A stretch of DNA of 64,000 bases from Auanema rhodensis (taxonomy: Eukaryota; Animalia; Nematoda), in NCBI GenBank assembly GCA_964057225.1, contig OZ059896.1, forward strand, positions 16,058,001 through 16,122,000, written 5' to 3'. The translations under genes were made by a program, and so were the position numbers. Within the stretch, counting starts at the first letter, position 1. Each line of letters starts with the position of its first letter. A model generated the notes under the pieces. That model saw nothing but the letters and a program-made list of their open reading frames with translations. It was not told where the DNA came from and ran no database searches. Below, in pieces: positions 51,598 to 64,000 of this stretch.

Positions 51598-54500
51598 CCT
51601 CGGTGAATCTTCTGTTTAACCTGATTGATATTATGTAAAAATTGCACAATATAATCATTTACGAAGAAGAAGGGAAGCAAAAATCTGACATGAAGAGATG
51701 GATTTGCTGATTATTATCTGTCAAAAATCTCATAAAATAAGCTTTTTTACATTGAAAAATGAAATAAAACGGCGAAACGAAAGCCAACAATGCTTGTAAT
51801 AAGCAAATTCGTTAGCATTGTTGTGTATTGGAGAAACAAATAGAAAAAGTGACAAATTTCAAATTGGCTCATCTATACATATCTTATACGAGCAATAGAG
51901 AGTAAGAGAGTATGAAATAGAACAGAGAGAATGAGATACAGAGACTAGAGACTACGGAGAGAGAACGTATTAAGCAGGTCATTAAGAGAATTTATGAGAA
52001 AGCTTTAAGGTGATAATTGTATATGGAAGATTGTGACCAGAATAGCTTTTTTCAGGTCAAAAAAAAAACGAAATTCCTGGTTGGTCGAAACCAGAGCTTC
52101 ATCAGCTAGTTGGAAGAAAAAGAGGGACAGTTGGAAGAGCTAAGAAATTGGATCCGTAATTTCAAGGTTCAGACACAACATGAAGGCATCACATTCTCGC
52201 TATTGAAACAACATTCCTGGCATTTTTTCGAATGTTTATTATGTAATTGGATAAACATTTCTTAAAAATAGAATATTTAATGTTATTTCCCGTTAAAAAC
52301 GACAGGAAAGTTGTTACAAACAAGGCGTTAAAGTTGACAAAAAAAGCTCCACATATCGATAAGCGTTATTGAATAGAAAATGAATAGGTTTAGTAGATGA
52401 TAGAAGAATAAGAAAAAGTCACAAAAAAGTTAAAAATCATTGAAGGAATATGAGATGAACAAAAGAAAATGAAAGATAACAAAAGATTGATGTGTCAGTA
52501 TAAGTATGAATGTACATGTGGCTGTAGGTGGAGCATATTAGAGGCTATGACGTCAGCAAAATAAACTTTATTGTATGATGTGAAAGACTTTTAAAGAAAA
52601 TTATTTAAAGCATATGGTGTTATTTCAGAAAAAAATTTTTTTTCGTAGAAAAATTGGGGGTGGACGACCATGTAGCAACATCACCAGATGTGTTAGGATC
52701 GTCTTCTCTATCTCTCTTGCGTGGGCAATTCATCGTGACTCAATCAGCATGTCATAAAACTTGTGGCAAAAGTGATTTTAATAAAGCTTATATCAGCAAA
52801 ATTTTAAATAATTCGAATTATAGTTTAAATATTATTAAAAATTATTAATTAGAAGAAGAAAAAACTTTATATGTATGTATATCATTTTATTTTAAAATAG
52901 ATGATATAAGATGTAATTAACAATTGAAAAAAATGAAATATATGATTGAAATGAGAGCATAATTCAGTTAATTATCGTTTTAAAACCTTTTTTTTATTCA
53001 AAAAATAATAATTAAAAGTTCATTGAAACTTCATTTTCTCTTTATGAACTTATATAAATAATATAATTTTAGCTTTTGAACAAGTTGAAATAAGTTCATT
53101 CAAGCTCCAATAGTTGACACTTGGGTTTGAATTCTTTTTTTTTTAAATAAAAACCTCAACTAATTCATAAAAAAAAAACCTTTTTTCTTTTATTTCTTAT
53201 GCCTATACTTCTTCGTCTTCTTTTTATTGTGAGCAGTAGAAAGGGAAAAAAAAGAAAAAAAAAGGAAAACTGAATGTTTGAAACATAAATTGATTTTTAA
53301 AATCTAAAAAGTGTAGCCAGAGGGCATTTTAAGGACTAAAATTAACAAAAACTATGGCTTAGATAAGTTTGAAATTAAACTTAATTATCTTAAAATAAAG
53401 AAAAAGGTGATTGAAACTAGAAAATCTCAATTTTTTTGTTCTCTTAAATAAATGTTGAGGAATGTGCAACATCAAGCATCAGACGACAGAAGGTGTTGAA
53501 GTTTAAGCTTATAATTTGACACACTAGTTGCAACTTTAGCTAGCATGTCACATTCTCTTCATTTTTTATGATAAAAGCAATATACATATGTACATATGTA
53601 TATATAGAAATATGATAAATCAGATAAATATGAAATAAATTGAGATTGAAGTACATATTTGAAAAAAAAACGTAAAAATACGATTGCTTACAAGATAATT
53701 CTGAAAGCCAGATCCGTTTTGTATAATTGAAGTAACATGTCTGACAATTAGTTTCAGTTAAACTTGTAAGACATACATCATCAGTTCATTTAATTAAATT
53801 GTCAACACAAAGTTGCAACATGACTGAGCTAAACTTAAGGCTTTTCGTTTCAGTTCACTCGCTTCAAACTTCAGTCTTTTGCGACATGGTATGGTTATTC
53901 AACTCATTTAGAAGGTTTGTCACAGAACATCAAACTAACTAACTAGACAAAGAACTAACGAACTAAAACTTTCAACGTTTTCCTCACATTATCATGGTCA
54001 GAGTCATGAAGTATACACAAAAGTATACTATTTAGTAGGAAGTAAACGACAACTAGAAAATGAGAAAAAATGGTCTTAACAAGATATTTACTAATTATAT
54101 TTTTCTTTAAAGAAGGTCGAAGATTAGCTTCCTTTTTTTTCTGAATTTCAGGAAAATATTTTTAGAATTTCTACTCTGTATAAATAAAAACATTTTTTTA
54201 TATGTAAATAATTTGAAAAAAATAATATTAATTATAATCATTATTATAAAAAAACAGTTTTAGAGGAATGAAAATGGAAGTTTTAATAAAACTTAAAATA
54301 TTTGAAAAAGTAAATATTGAGTTATTAGAAATTTGAAATTTAATATAAAGTTAAATAAGCATAATATATAAATTAGTATAATTAAAGTAAAGTTTATCTT
54401 TTTTTTTACCGCATAAAGTTGGAAAAAATGTATTATTATAACATCTCAAATATGATAAAATAATAAAATAATGTTATAAAGGAAGTTATATAAATTAATA

Positions 54501-55073
54501 AAAATATTATTATTAAACTTTATGTTTTCTGAAATATAATGTATTAAAGCGTAAAATCGTAAAGCATAATAATGGAGCATAAGCAGCATGCTGGAACAAC
54601 TTCAAAGTAAAGTTATAAAGTCAAGGAAGTTGAAGTATTTACCCATAAACACTTAGCACATGAATAAATTCATTTTTTGTGTCTGTTCTTTATTCCTTTT
54701 ATATAAAAAAATATAATTAATAATCAAATAAAATAACAGACAAAAGTAAATAAAGCATATGTTATATAAAGAAAATTACCATATACTATAATAGAATTTT
54801 AATATTTTTATAATATTAATTATTTGATTTTATAACTTTAGAAAATCTCTATACTTATATGTCAAAAAGAAATTTTGGTATATACAAGCATATTACTAGA
54901 AGACAAGTAACAACACTGTTGAAGACGACCAGAACGAAGACTCTGACGACGACGTTGTTGGTTTGCGGATTTTAAATCAAATTCTTGGAATCTACATTAA
55001 TCTTTTCGTATAGAAAACATAAATAATGTATTTCTATATGTTGGGTTTATTTCGCTTCCTTTGCTTACCTCCG

Positions 55074-55117
<44 letters not shown>

Positions 55118-57275
55118 TTGTCTTCTGTTATATAGAAAAGAGAACAAAAAATCCTAAATATGGCTTAGTTATTTCTGAGAAAAACCACAAATTTGGTGAA
55201 AAAAACTGCCGTCAAACACAAAAAGCAAATAGTTGTAGATGCAAAATCTTGATCTGTGTATGGATATAACATATCTAGACATGTATATGTACATACAGCT
55301 GAATGAGAAGAAGACAGTTGGAAAAAAAGAAAATGAAGAGAATGAGTAGTTGATGTAGGTACTATAAGCTAAGAAGGAAATAGAAAAAGGATGAAGGCAA
55401 TCTTAAAGAAAAGATCCATTGAAAGCTGGTTAAGACGGCAGATTGGAAGTTGCACTGCTGGAAATTGACAGAAAATGAAAGAAAAATGGTTGTAATCGGC
55501 TTATTTGATTGTTTCTATGCTGCATGATCAAGCATGAAGTGCATGAAATCATCATCATATGAAGCTACTGACTAAGAAGCAGAACTAAAAAGAAAAAAGT
55601 AGGCGAAACAAGAGCGGAAGGCACGTGATGAATATGAAAAGAGTGAGACAAATAGTGGTTTGAGGTTTGATACATCCGTATTGACTCCTTTTAGCCCCGT
55701 CAAGCCTTCGTCCCACTCCTATCCTTATTCCTCTTCGTTGCCTTGCCAGCTCAGCTTTTCACAATTCCCCGGAGTCCGTTGTCGCAAGTCCCGTCTGTAG
55801 CTTTCACGAGCGCCGTGACGTAGTGGGAGCTTCATACAAGCACTCTCACATACACATGCACACACTCATACTCACATACACAGGCACATGCACATTGACA
55901 TCAGTGTGGTTAGGATACGATGAAGAAGAAGCAGACGACTCAGGAGTCGAAATGAAGAAGCAGTGGGAAGAGCTTTGAATCATATCTCTCTCTATGAAAC
56001 CCCCCCCCCCTCTTTCTCTCTCTCTCTCTTTCTCTCGTTCTCTTAATATTTAGACAGAGATATTTGTTCCAACATTTGATTCTTGAACAATAAAAACTAA
56101 TAGACCATATACTAATTTCTCATCAATTTTCAAGATTTTGGTAACTTTATTCATTATTTTCATTGTAAAAAACTTTAAAAATCACAGTTTTATCGAAAGT
56201 ATTGTACATTTTAACAAATTTAAGTTTAAACTTTGAAATTTTTATTTTATTATATTATGTGCTTATGCTCTCACAATTGTTCAAAAAAATTTTTTTTTAA
56301 ATTTTACTTCGTCGTATTCCATATTGTTTTTTCTAAATTTTTTATAAAATATTTTATTAAATAATTACTAATTATCATCAATGGAATATATAAAGCTTTA
56401 TTCAAGTTTATGAATAAATTAGCATAAAATCAAAATCAAAGAACTATTTGATGTCTCATCTGTCTATCTGTGTATGAGTCAATTTTCATATGAAGAATGG
56501 CAGAAGAAGGGGAGGAGAGAAGCCAGTAGTCAGTGTAAACGTTTCGACGTCAAGTTTTTTAATGTTCTAACATAAGAACAGAGAGAGCACTTGCACATCC
56601 ATATATATATATATTCAGATATACATGTATATAAGCTTATATGTTTTATCAGAATAAGTTTGTAAAGTTTTAAATATTCTAAATACCTTGATGATTTTGA
56701 TAAGCAATAAAATTGTTTTATTTATTGCAAAGAAGCAAGAAAAATTTGTTAAAAATCAAATAAAAGCAAGAGAACAAATACAGATTTCTTGTTTCTTATT
56801 TCGAAATTCTAACGAATTTTCAGTAGAAATACAGAAAATATTGAAACTCCAAGACTTATGTATGGTAAATGTTATATTCAGAAATATAGATTTTATGAAA
56901 ATTAAATAGTAAATATGAATAAAAATACAATATAACAGAACCGTTTATCAAACAAAATATAGGAAACTCAGTTATAGGAGAAGACAAAAAAAAAGAGGAA
57001 TAAAGAAGAAATATCAAGTTGACATGATTCGTTTCAATGCTGCTTTAATCTCTTTCTTGTTATTATTGTTTGTTTGTTTGTTTTCTTTTATGTTGTTGTT
57101 GTTGTTGTTATGAGACTGTTGACATTACATGTGAATTCGTGTATGTGAGTTTGTGAGTGAGTGAGTGTGTAAGTATATGTATATATACTTATAGATAGTA
57201 ACAAGAAAAAAGCGTACGTATCTGTCAATGTATGAATTTTGTGGGATGTGGGGGATTCTCTTTTCTTCTGGAAGT

Positions 57276-57724
57276 CTAGGCATCGAAAATTCGGCAAAAC
57301 TTGAAACGACAAGCGTATCCTTAAATAAAATAATATTATATTATATGTAGACATGTTATAGACACCTGACTTACGTTTCAATTGCTCGCCGCTTCGTCGA
57401 AGTCTTGGAGCTGTCTCGTCACGATTAAGACCATCTATCAAAGCGGCAACTTCATCATCTTCTCCGTAGTACGGCCTCAATTCTCGGTCATGTCCTAACA
57501 TTCGATAGAGAGATACCGAATATGGAAAACTCTGAAAATGCTGAGAATCATACGTATTGATATAGTTACCACATTTAGCTCAAGCCAAAGCACAAAAGAC
57601 AAGAACGTACCCGAGCTTGACGAAGCACGGCTGTTGCGCTATCATCATCAGAAGAGGATGTAGCCATGGAAGTGCCAATGAACAAGGCTGCAATCACGAT
57701 GAATAATCCGTTAAACCAATGCAT
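57276..57724 (-). CDS. Secreted neuropeptide-like precursor (104 aa) with C-terminal two-cysteine peptide YACRFKFCRIFDA
   Basis: Exons 57724-57611, 57531-57375 and 57319-57276 give MHWFNGLFIVIAALFIGTSMA-TSSSDDDSATAVLRQAR-SFPYSVSLYRMLGHDRELRPYYGEDDEVAALIDGLNRDETAPRLRR-SGEQLKR-YACRFKFCRIFDA*. It has a hydrophobic signal peptide, acidic spacers, RxxR and KR convertase sites, and AAAATG start context after a ttttgcag acceptor. Confidence 0.85.
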
Positions 57725-58318
57725 TTTACCTGCAAAAACGGTTGAAAAGTAAATGAAGAAGACGAAGGCAAAGTAAAAAATGAAAAAAACTGAAGTCAAA
57801 ACGTCGTTGGAAATATAGGAAAGGGTCATTATACATAGAGTTTTGTCATTTTCAGCCATTTACTATAAACAAATAGTCAAAGGAATAAATTTCAAAGATG
57901 AAAAAAAGCCTAAAAAAGCACTGAAAACATAAAATGAACAAGAAGACAATTGAAAATCCTAATTATTAGAATTATAGAGAGGGAACATCGATGTGTGAAG
58001 TACAAAATTGGAGGACAACTGTCTTTTCTTTGATATTAACGAAGTTTTGCAAAGAAAAAAAATTATATATCAAGATGATTAGGTGGATGTGATATTATCT
58101 TTATGTTAATGAAAAGTGCGATGATATTAATTATATGATATAGTTAAAGATGTTTATTCGGCTATAAATTCTGTACATTATTCTATAAACTATTTCATTT
58201 TTTTCATTGATTATAATGAAACTGTAGTAATATGAATTTCAATTTTAAACCTTATTCTATAGTTTTTGATGGCTTTTCTCAGTATTTTGCATATTAAACT
58301 AATCAAAATGAAGAAAAT

Positions 58319-58372
58319 AATCAGAAGATGAAGAATCAGAAGATGAAGAATTAGAAGATGAAGAATCAGATG
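58319..58372. repeat. 15-bp tandem repeat (AATCAGAAGATGAAG) x~3.6
   Basis: Direct inspection. Confidence 0.85.
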
Positions 58373-61300
58373 CAGAAAAAGAATAAGAAGCTGAAAAGGG
58401 ATTGAGTTCTATAGATTAGGATATTGGCTGACTTCTCCAATTGTACACATTTTGAGATGAAGGTTAAATGAAAGCGGAAAAAAAGAACTAAAATAAGTTG
58501 AAGTTTGAAATAGAAAACAAAAAACTTCAAGAGTTTCCTCATCTAAATCATCTTCCTCAAGACGCCACGATGACGATGATTAGATGTCTGATTTTACAGA
58601 AGTATATGCATATTCATTAGTTAGAGATTATTTTATTATTTTGTCGATAAATTAATAAATTTCTACAGTTTCGTATATAGATGTAAATCTTTTTTTTCCA
58701 ATTTTTGTTATCTTTCTCATAAACCAGACAAAACAAAGTAAAAGAAGAGACAGAAGAAGTAACAGCTTGATTGTTGATTCGGTTGCTCAATCATGCATTA
58801 TACTCTTCTTCAAAGCGAAAATATTTATAAAACAATGAATATACTGAGAAAAGTGAAGACGAGAATAGCTTTATGGCAGATCTTTTCTACTAATTGTTAT
58901 AATAAATTTATATTTTATAGTTAAAAAGGCAAAATAAACAAAAAAAGATAAATCTACTGAAATACTTAAATGAATTATCACTTTTAATCTTCAAACAAGT
59001 ATTGTATTTTTCTCAAATTTCAATATATCTTTTGGGTTTAAAAGTTCAGAAAAAATACAAAATAGTTAAATTAAGGAAATATATCCTTCAAATTCAAGTG
59101 AGATACAACACGGCAGCAACATCGATGATTATGGCCACGAGGACGATATCGTGTACGTCGACGATAAGATGGGACAGCAGTATCATAGGCTCAATTTCAG
59201 GATGAATGTATTGCTCGATTGAAGGACGCAACCTGCATATACATTTGTAAATGTTATGTTGTGAAGTCAACGACTGATGATAGCTACACGTCGTCGCAGA
59301 TGACTGATTCTGAATGCAGCTGAACCTTTTCGTTGAACGGAATGATGGATGAGTGGAAAGGGATCTATTCTACTAATAAAGTAAAACTACTTCTATACAA
59401 AGTTTTAAAATTCAAATATCCGCCTACTGTAAGTTGACATAATGAAAGAAAAAAAGGAAAAATGAAAAGCTATGAGGAAAGAGAGGAGTTTGCTTCGTAT
59501 GTGAGTTGGATATATAGTATATAAAGATGAATGGTGGTAACAAAATGATAGAGAATATATCAAACTTATACGTATAGTTAATTAGAAATGAATGTATAGT
59601 TAAATGGGGAATTTTACAAAGATTTTAAAAATTTTATAGTTTAAATATGTATAATAAGGAATATTATACTATTCACATATTTAGCATATTACTGTATATT
59701 ACAATGCTAAATATAACTTTCAGCAAGAAAAAAATTTTCCTTTTAATAAAATTGAAAAAAAAAACGATTTTCATTAACAACACTCATCATGTTTAATGAG
59801 GATTAGGTTAGGTGATGAAGCTTAAGTAGGAGGTGGGAAAGCTACATCAACTTATATACTATACATACATACATACATATATTAAATAATCAACCGCTCA
59901 ATAGGTCATTATATTTTAAAATAAAAGGTGTAGGCGTGACGTTTCACGTAAATTACGTCAATTAGCTCAATTGACTTGAATCATTTGTTATCACCACCCT
60001 CCCCTTCCCTCATCCCTCATAACTTTATGTATGAATTCAGAACATAGCATATTCGTGGAACTGAGCTGATTGAACTGAATCAATTAGTCCGAACGTCAAT
60101 TATGCAAAACTCAAAAAATAATAATTTTAAAATAAAAATAATATTTTCTTATTTAATTAAATGTTTTAATATAATATAGTTAACTCAATTACAATAAATA
60201 TTTATTTATTTTAGTTAATTTAACAAATTTTAAGAATATTATTATAAAACTGATAATTCGTATTAAAAATCAAAAAAAAATAGTTTTTTAATAACATTTG
60301 AAAACTGTTGAATAATAAGAAAATAGTAAACTTTACACTAAAGATAAAGAAAAAGAAGTTAAGAAGAATATTTGAAAAAGTATTAAAAAAAGAAAAAAGA
60401 AATATTAATTTCTTAAACTAATTAATAGGCCACGCTTTACCAGATTGGGAAAATTATGAAGATGATGAAAAAAGTAAACAATTATAAAATTACATTTGTT
60501 ATAATTAAATAAATTATAATAATCTTGGTATTCTATGTTTGCTTTAACTCGGCTGGCAAGACCGTTCTCATGGTTGTGAATAAGGTCGCTCATTCCAATA
60601 CAAGTTGACAAACATAAATGGAATTCACATGTAAATGAGTTAGATATTACCTTGAAGTACGTTTTCTTCATCATCCATCCTATTCTCTTCGAAAACTCAA
60701 AATATTGCTGTAGCAATAACAACAGTAGCAGCAGCTGTAGCAACTCCATCTATAGACATCGTATGTTTTTCATATTTTTATTTATAATTCCCTAAATTTA
60801 AACTTTTTTAAAAAATAAAATCTTTAAAAAATTATATCTTGTGTCTGAATTTCTTTTCAATTTTACATTTTCTTAAATTGTTTAACAATCGAAGAAAATG
60901 AGAAATTCTTTAAAAAATGATAATTTCTTTCTGGTCAAACTACGATACTAATCATATTTTTATAAATGATACCAATCCTGTACAAGAAATTCATGTTATT
61001 GATTTCAAATGAAAATTATCCCCAAATCTTTATGTGCTTTTTTCATTATTTTTATTTAAAATCTGTAAATTGCCTAATTGTTTTTAATTTAAGTTAAATG
61101 AAAAAGAAGAGCATTGGACTACGTACAAGGAGCACCCAAAAGCCTACATCAAGTAAGTCACTTACCTGTACAGCATGTATTGATTCAATTTTGATTCCCT
61201 AACTCTATGCATTCTCTTATCTTTTTCATTTCTCAGCTTTTATTTTTAAATTTTGCAAACACCCGCCAAAACTTCCTGCAGGCTTATATGAAAACCACGC

Positions 61301-62619
61301 AGTTCCAGGGCGTTCGAACAGGCTTTATGAGCCATAGAGCGGGAACATGGTACTTCTGTGTTCCATCGGTCGTTTCGACAATTTTTTGTTCTCATCTCAT
61401 CATTTTTCAATGCTCTTTTCTCTCGTCCTGAGTATCTCACTAGCCACCGTCTATTTTTTTCAAATCTAAGAGTTGTACGGTTATCTGTACTGTTTGTTTC
61501 AGCTTCAATTTCGTACTCTTCTCTCTCCCCTATTCTCTCCTTTCCACTTATTTCTCAATAATATTAGTTTATATTTAAATTCAATGTTAATATTTTTATC
61601 AAAATCATTCTTCAAAGTAAGCAATATAATAATAATAATAATTAACAGTTATATGTCGTATTCGCACTTAATACATTGTGCTAGAATCCAGGTAATGTTT
61701 GTTTAGTCACGAATTTCTCTTTATCTTTAATTAAACTTCCGCTTACTATTCGTCTTGCTTACTCTTGGTTCTTCCCTATGCACTGCGTATTTCGTTGAAA
61801 CTTAAACTTACTTATTTTTTCTTGTCCTTTATTAATATTGAAGTATTTTATTTTTGACTTCGCCTGTATACATCGTGATTCATCTGAGCAGTATTCCATC
61901 TTCGACTATTTTGATCGTTAATCTGATGCTTATGGTTCTGATTCGTCAGCCTTCTCGAAGAAAAAAATTCTGAATATGTTTTTCGTAACGTACTTTTTAA
62001 AAGAAATATATATATACGTGAGGTGTAGACGGGTCTGGTTAAGATACGAAAGTACCCGCAACCCATTATTCTTTGCAGAGCTTTCAAATTAAAAAAAAAA
62101 AATTTTTTTTACTAAAATCACTAATCTAAGACTATATATATATTTTAACTGTCTGACTCAGAAAATACCTTTTTTTTCCGAAAACTAATAGAACTGACGT
62201 TTGTTTTCTCATTTTGAACAAAAGATTCATGACATTATCAAGGTGTTAGATAAAAATAGGACAGGATAGTACTCGATGAGCTATGACAAATTTGGCTACA
62301 TGCCTGCCATGCTTTATCATCATGATATTCATCTATCTTAATAATTTGCAAATGTTTTGACCATTATACAGCTAAAACTGTGTTTTAGTTGACATACACT
62401 GAATGTGTGATCGTCTAGTAGCTTACTGATTCATCCTTGCCGTTTGAAATTGTCTTTGTGATACCGCTCTTTTCATGGTTATTCTCAAATATAGTTATGA
62501 ATATTATTGATATCAGAGTATGAATGCATTCTTAAGTACATTTTAGCTACTCATTTCATTATTTTTCTATTTTATAGATAATTGAAAATTAAAATAAATG
62601 ATCATTCTTATAGAATACA

Positions 62620-62830
62620 ATGACAAGAACATTGATGAATTACAAACAAGCATATCCATTTGATGCCCTAAGTATGCCTTATGATGATGAAGACGTTACA
62701 GTCAATGATGATAGTCATCAACCATTTGCCAGCCGACGGCCACGATCTCGAAGTGTTTGTCTGAAAATCTGTATACCTGCCACAGTTCTTATATTTATAA
62801 TTGGATCCGGATGGTTCATACACAGCACAG
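62620..62830 (+). CDS. First coding exon of a probable type II single-pass membrane protein; rest of gene not identified in window
   Basis: tttatag acceptor, then MTRTLMNYKQAYPFDALSMPYDDEDVTVNDDSHQPFASRRPRSRSVCLKICIPATVLIFIIGSGWFIHST, then a G|GTTAGT donor. The layout is cytosolic N-tail, basic cluster, then signal-anchor. Confidence 0.7.
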
Positions 62831-63330
62831 GTTAGTTATAATTTGAAATGTTCATTGATTTTATTTGATTTTCCCGAAAAAGTGTTTTATTACTGCTTAG
62901 TTTTTCTAATATAATATCAAATTATGGTTTCAAAGTGTGTCAGCAACTGTCATCAACTGATAAGACACTTCCGTTCATGCCATCAAAACAATTTTAAGAT
63001 GCTTTTGAATAGATGTAACTCTTCTATCTAATATGATGCTCTTACTATACATTCTATAACTCTTCAATTTAATTAATATTCACTGCCTATACTATCTATA
63101 TGACAAGTGGATATAGCAACAATCATACATATAACATCGATTATTTCTGCATAATATACAACTTTTACCTCAAAATGTTCATTCGTATATACAAACTACA
63201 TCATCATCTATCTGTATTTTCCAATGTACATTCCAATTATTGTTCAACTATCTATAGTTATAAGTTATGAAGGTAAGAAAAAATTTATATTTTTAACAAA
63301 ATATCAAAAAAAGATCATGATTACAATTCT

Positions 63331-63446
63331 CTCTCAAGATGCACACTGTTATTTCGCTCTCTCAAGATGCACACTGTTACTTCGCTCTCTCAAGATGCAC
63401 ACTGTTACTTCGCTCTCTCAAGATGCACACTATTATCTCGCTCTCT
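63331..63446. repeat. 28-bp minisatellite (CTCTCAAGATGCACACTGTTACTTCGCT) x4
   Basis: Units start at 63331, 63359, 63387 and 63415. Confidence 0.95.
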
Positions 63447-64000
63447 AGATATAATCATTTCAAACTATAACTGTGCAAGATTTATTTCTTTTTTCACTCA
63501 AATATTGCTTTTTAAACTTTTTCTTCTCCCTTTTCGTTGTCTACTCTTTCTTATGATCGACAAAACTACCACTTCTTGATATGTGTAGATCTTATGATGA
63601 AATTCTCGAGCCTTCTATACATCTGGTCACACATGGTCATCATGTACCATTTCTGTGTTTCAAACAATACATGTGTCATGTATATATGGAAGAAACACTT
63701 TTTTTGATCATTTTTTCTAAACTTCTCATATGGGAGAACATCTGCTTTTTTCTTGTAAAAATTCTCAGCCACGCATGTTGAATAGACAGTTGGAACTATC
63801 ACCTGAGTTTCATTCTGTTGCTGTTTCATCTATCTTCCTTTAATACTAATCTATCTACTTATTGAATAGTATATTTGCAAAAGTTTCGAATCTTTTGATG
63901 TAATGTCTATAAACAGTCGTAAGCCTAGTATTTCTCAGCGTATTCGAAGCTTTTTAGGTGAGATTGCGTGAATTTCAAATATTTAAGTTATAAGGGCAAG

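Noticed and set aside
49619-57724. Neuropeptide gene nested within an arrestin coding intron
   Set aside because: The arrestin N-terminal exons were found at 51022-50890, so the peptide gene lies upstream of the arrestin CDS
57088-57859. ORF-track entries of 137 aa and 94 aa
   Set aside because: Intron read-through of the neuropeptide gene; the spliced 104-aa model explains both
59677-59714. 11-bp inverted repeat ATATTTAGCAT...ATGCTAAATAT as a miRNA hairpin
   Set aside because: Too short and AT-rich, with no recognisable mature miRNA
63331-63446. CRISPR-like array
   Set aside because: Head-to-tail repeats without spacers in a eukaryotic context; ordinary minisatellite

Overview
AT-rich eukaryotic genomic DNA with short (~45-60 nt) GT-AG introns and many (AG)n microsatellites; gene content indicates a nematode (species not determinable). 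I rebuilt gene models by hand from splice sites and reading-frame phases, because most ORF-track entries are spurious or intron read-through. Left to right: the 5' part of a PDZ+SoHo (sorb-1/CAP-like) adaptor gene (-, runs off the left edge); tRNA-Gly(GCC); a divergent LC8 dynein light chain whose ATG is split by an intron; a small GC-rich multi-hairpin element; a K-Cl cotransporter (kcc-2-like, -) with a ~13 kb ladder of alternative N-terminal exons; a receptor guanylyl cyclase (-); a head-to-head pair of paralogous 7TM chemoreceptors; an alpha-arrestin (-); a 104-aa secreted prepropeptide (-); and the first exon of a type II membrane protein (+). The most notable item is the prepropeptide, which the ORF track does not show intact. 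Its KR-flanked C-terminal peptide YACRFKFCRIFDA has a Cys-x4-Cys ring resembling urotensin II/URP (ACFWKYCV). AAG 3' splice sites are also unusually common. All family assignments come from motif recognition, not database searches.
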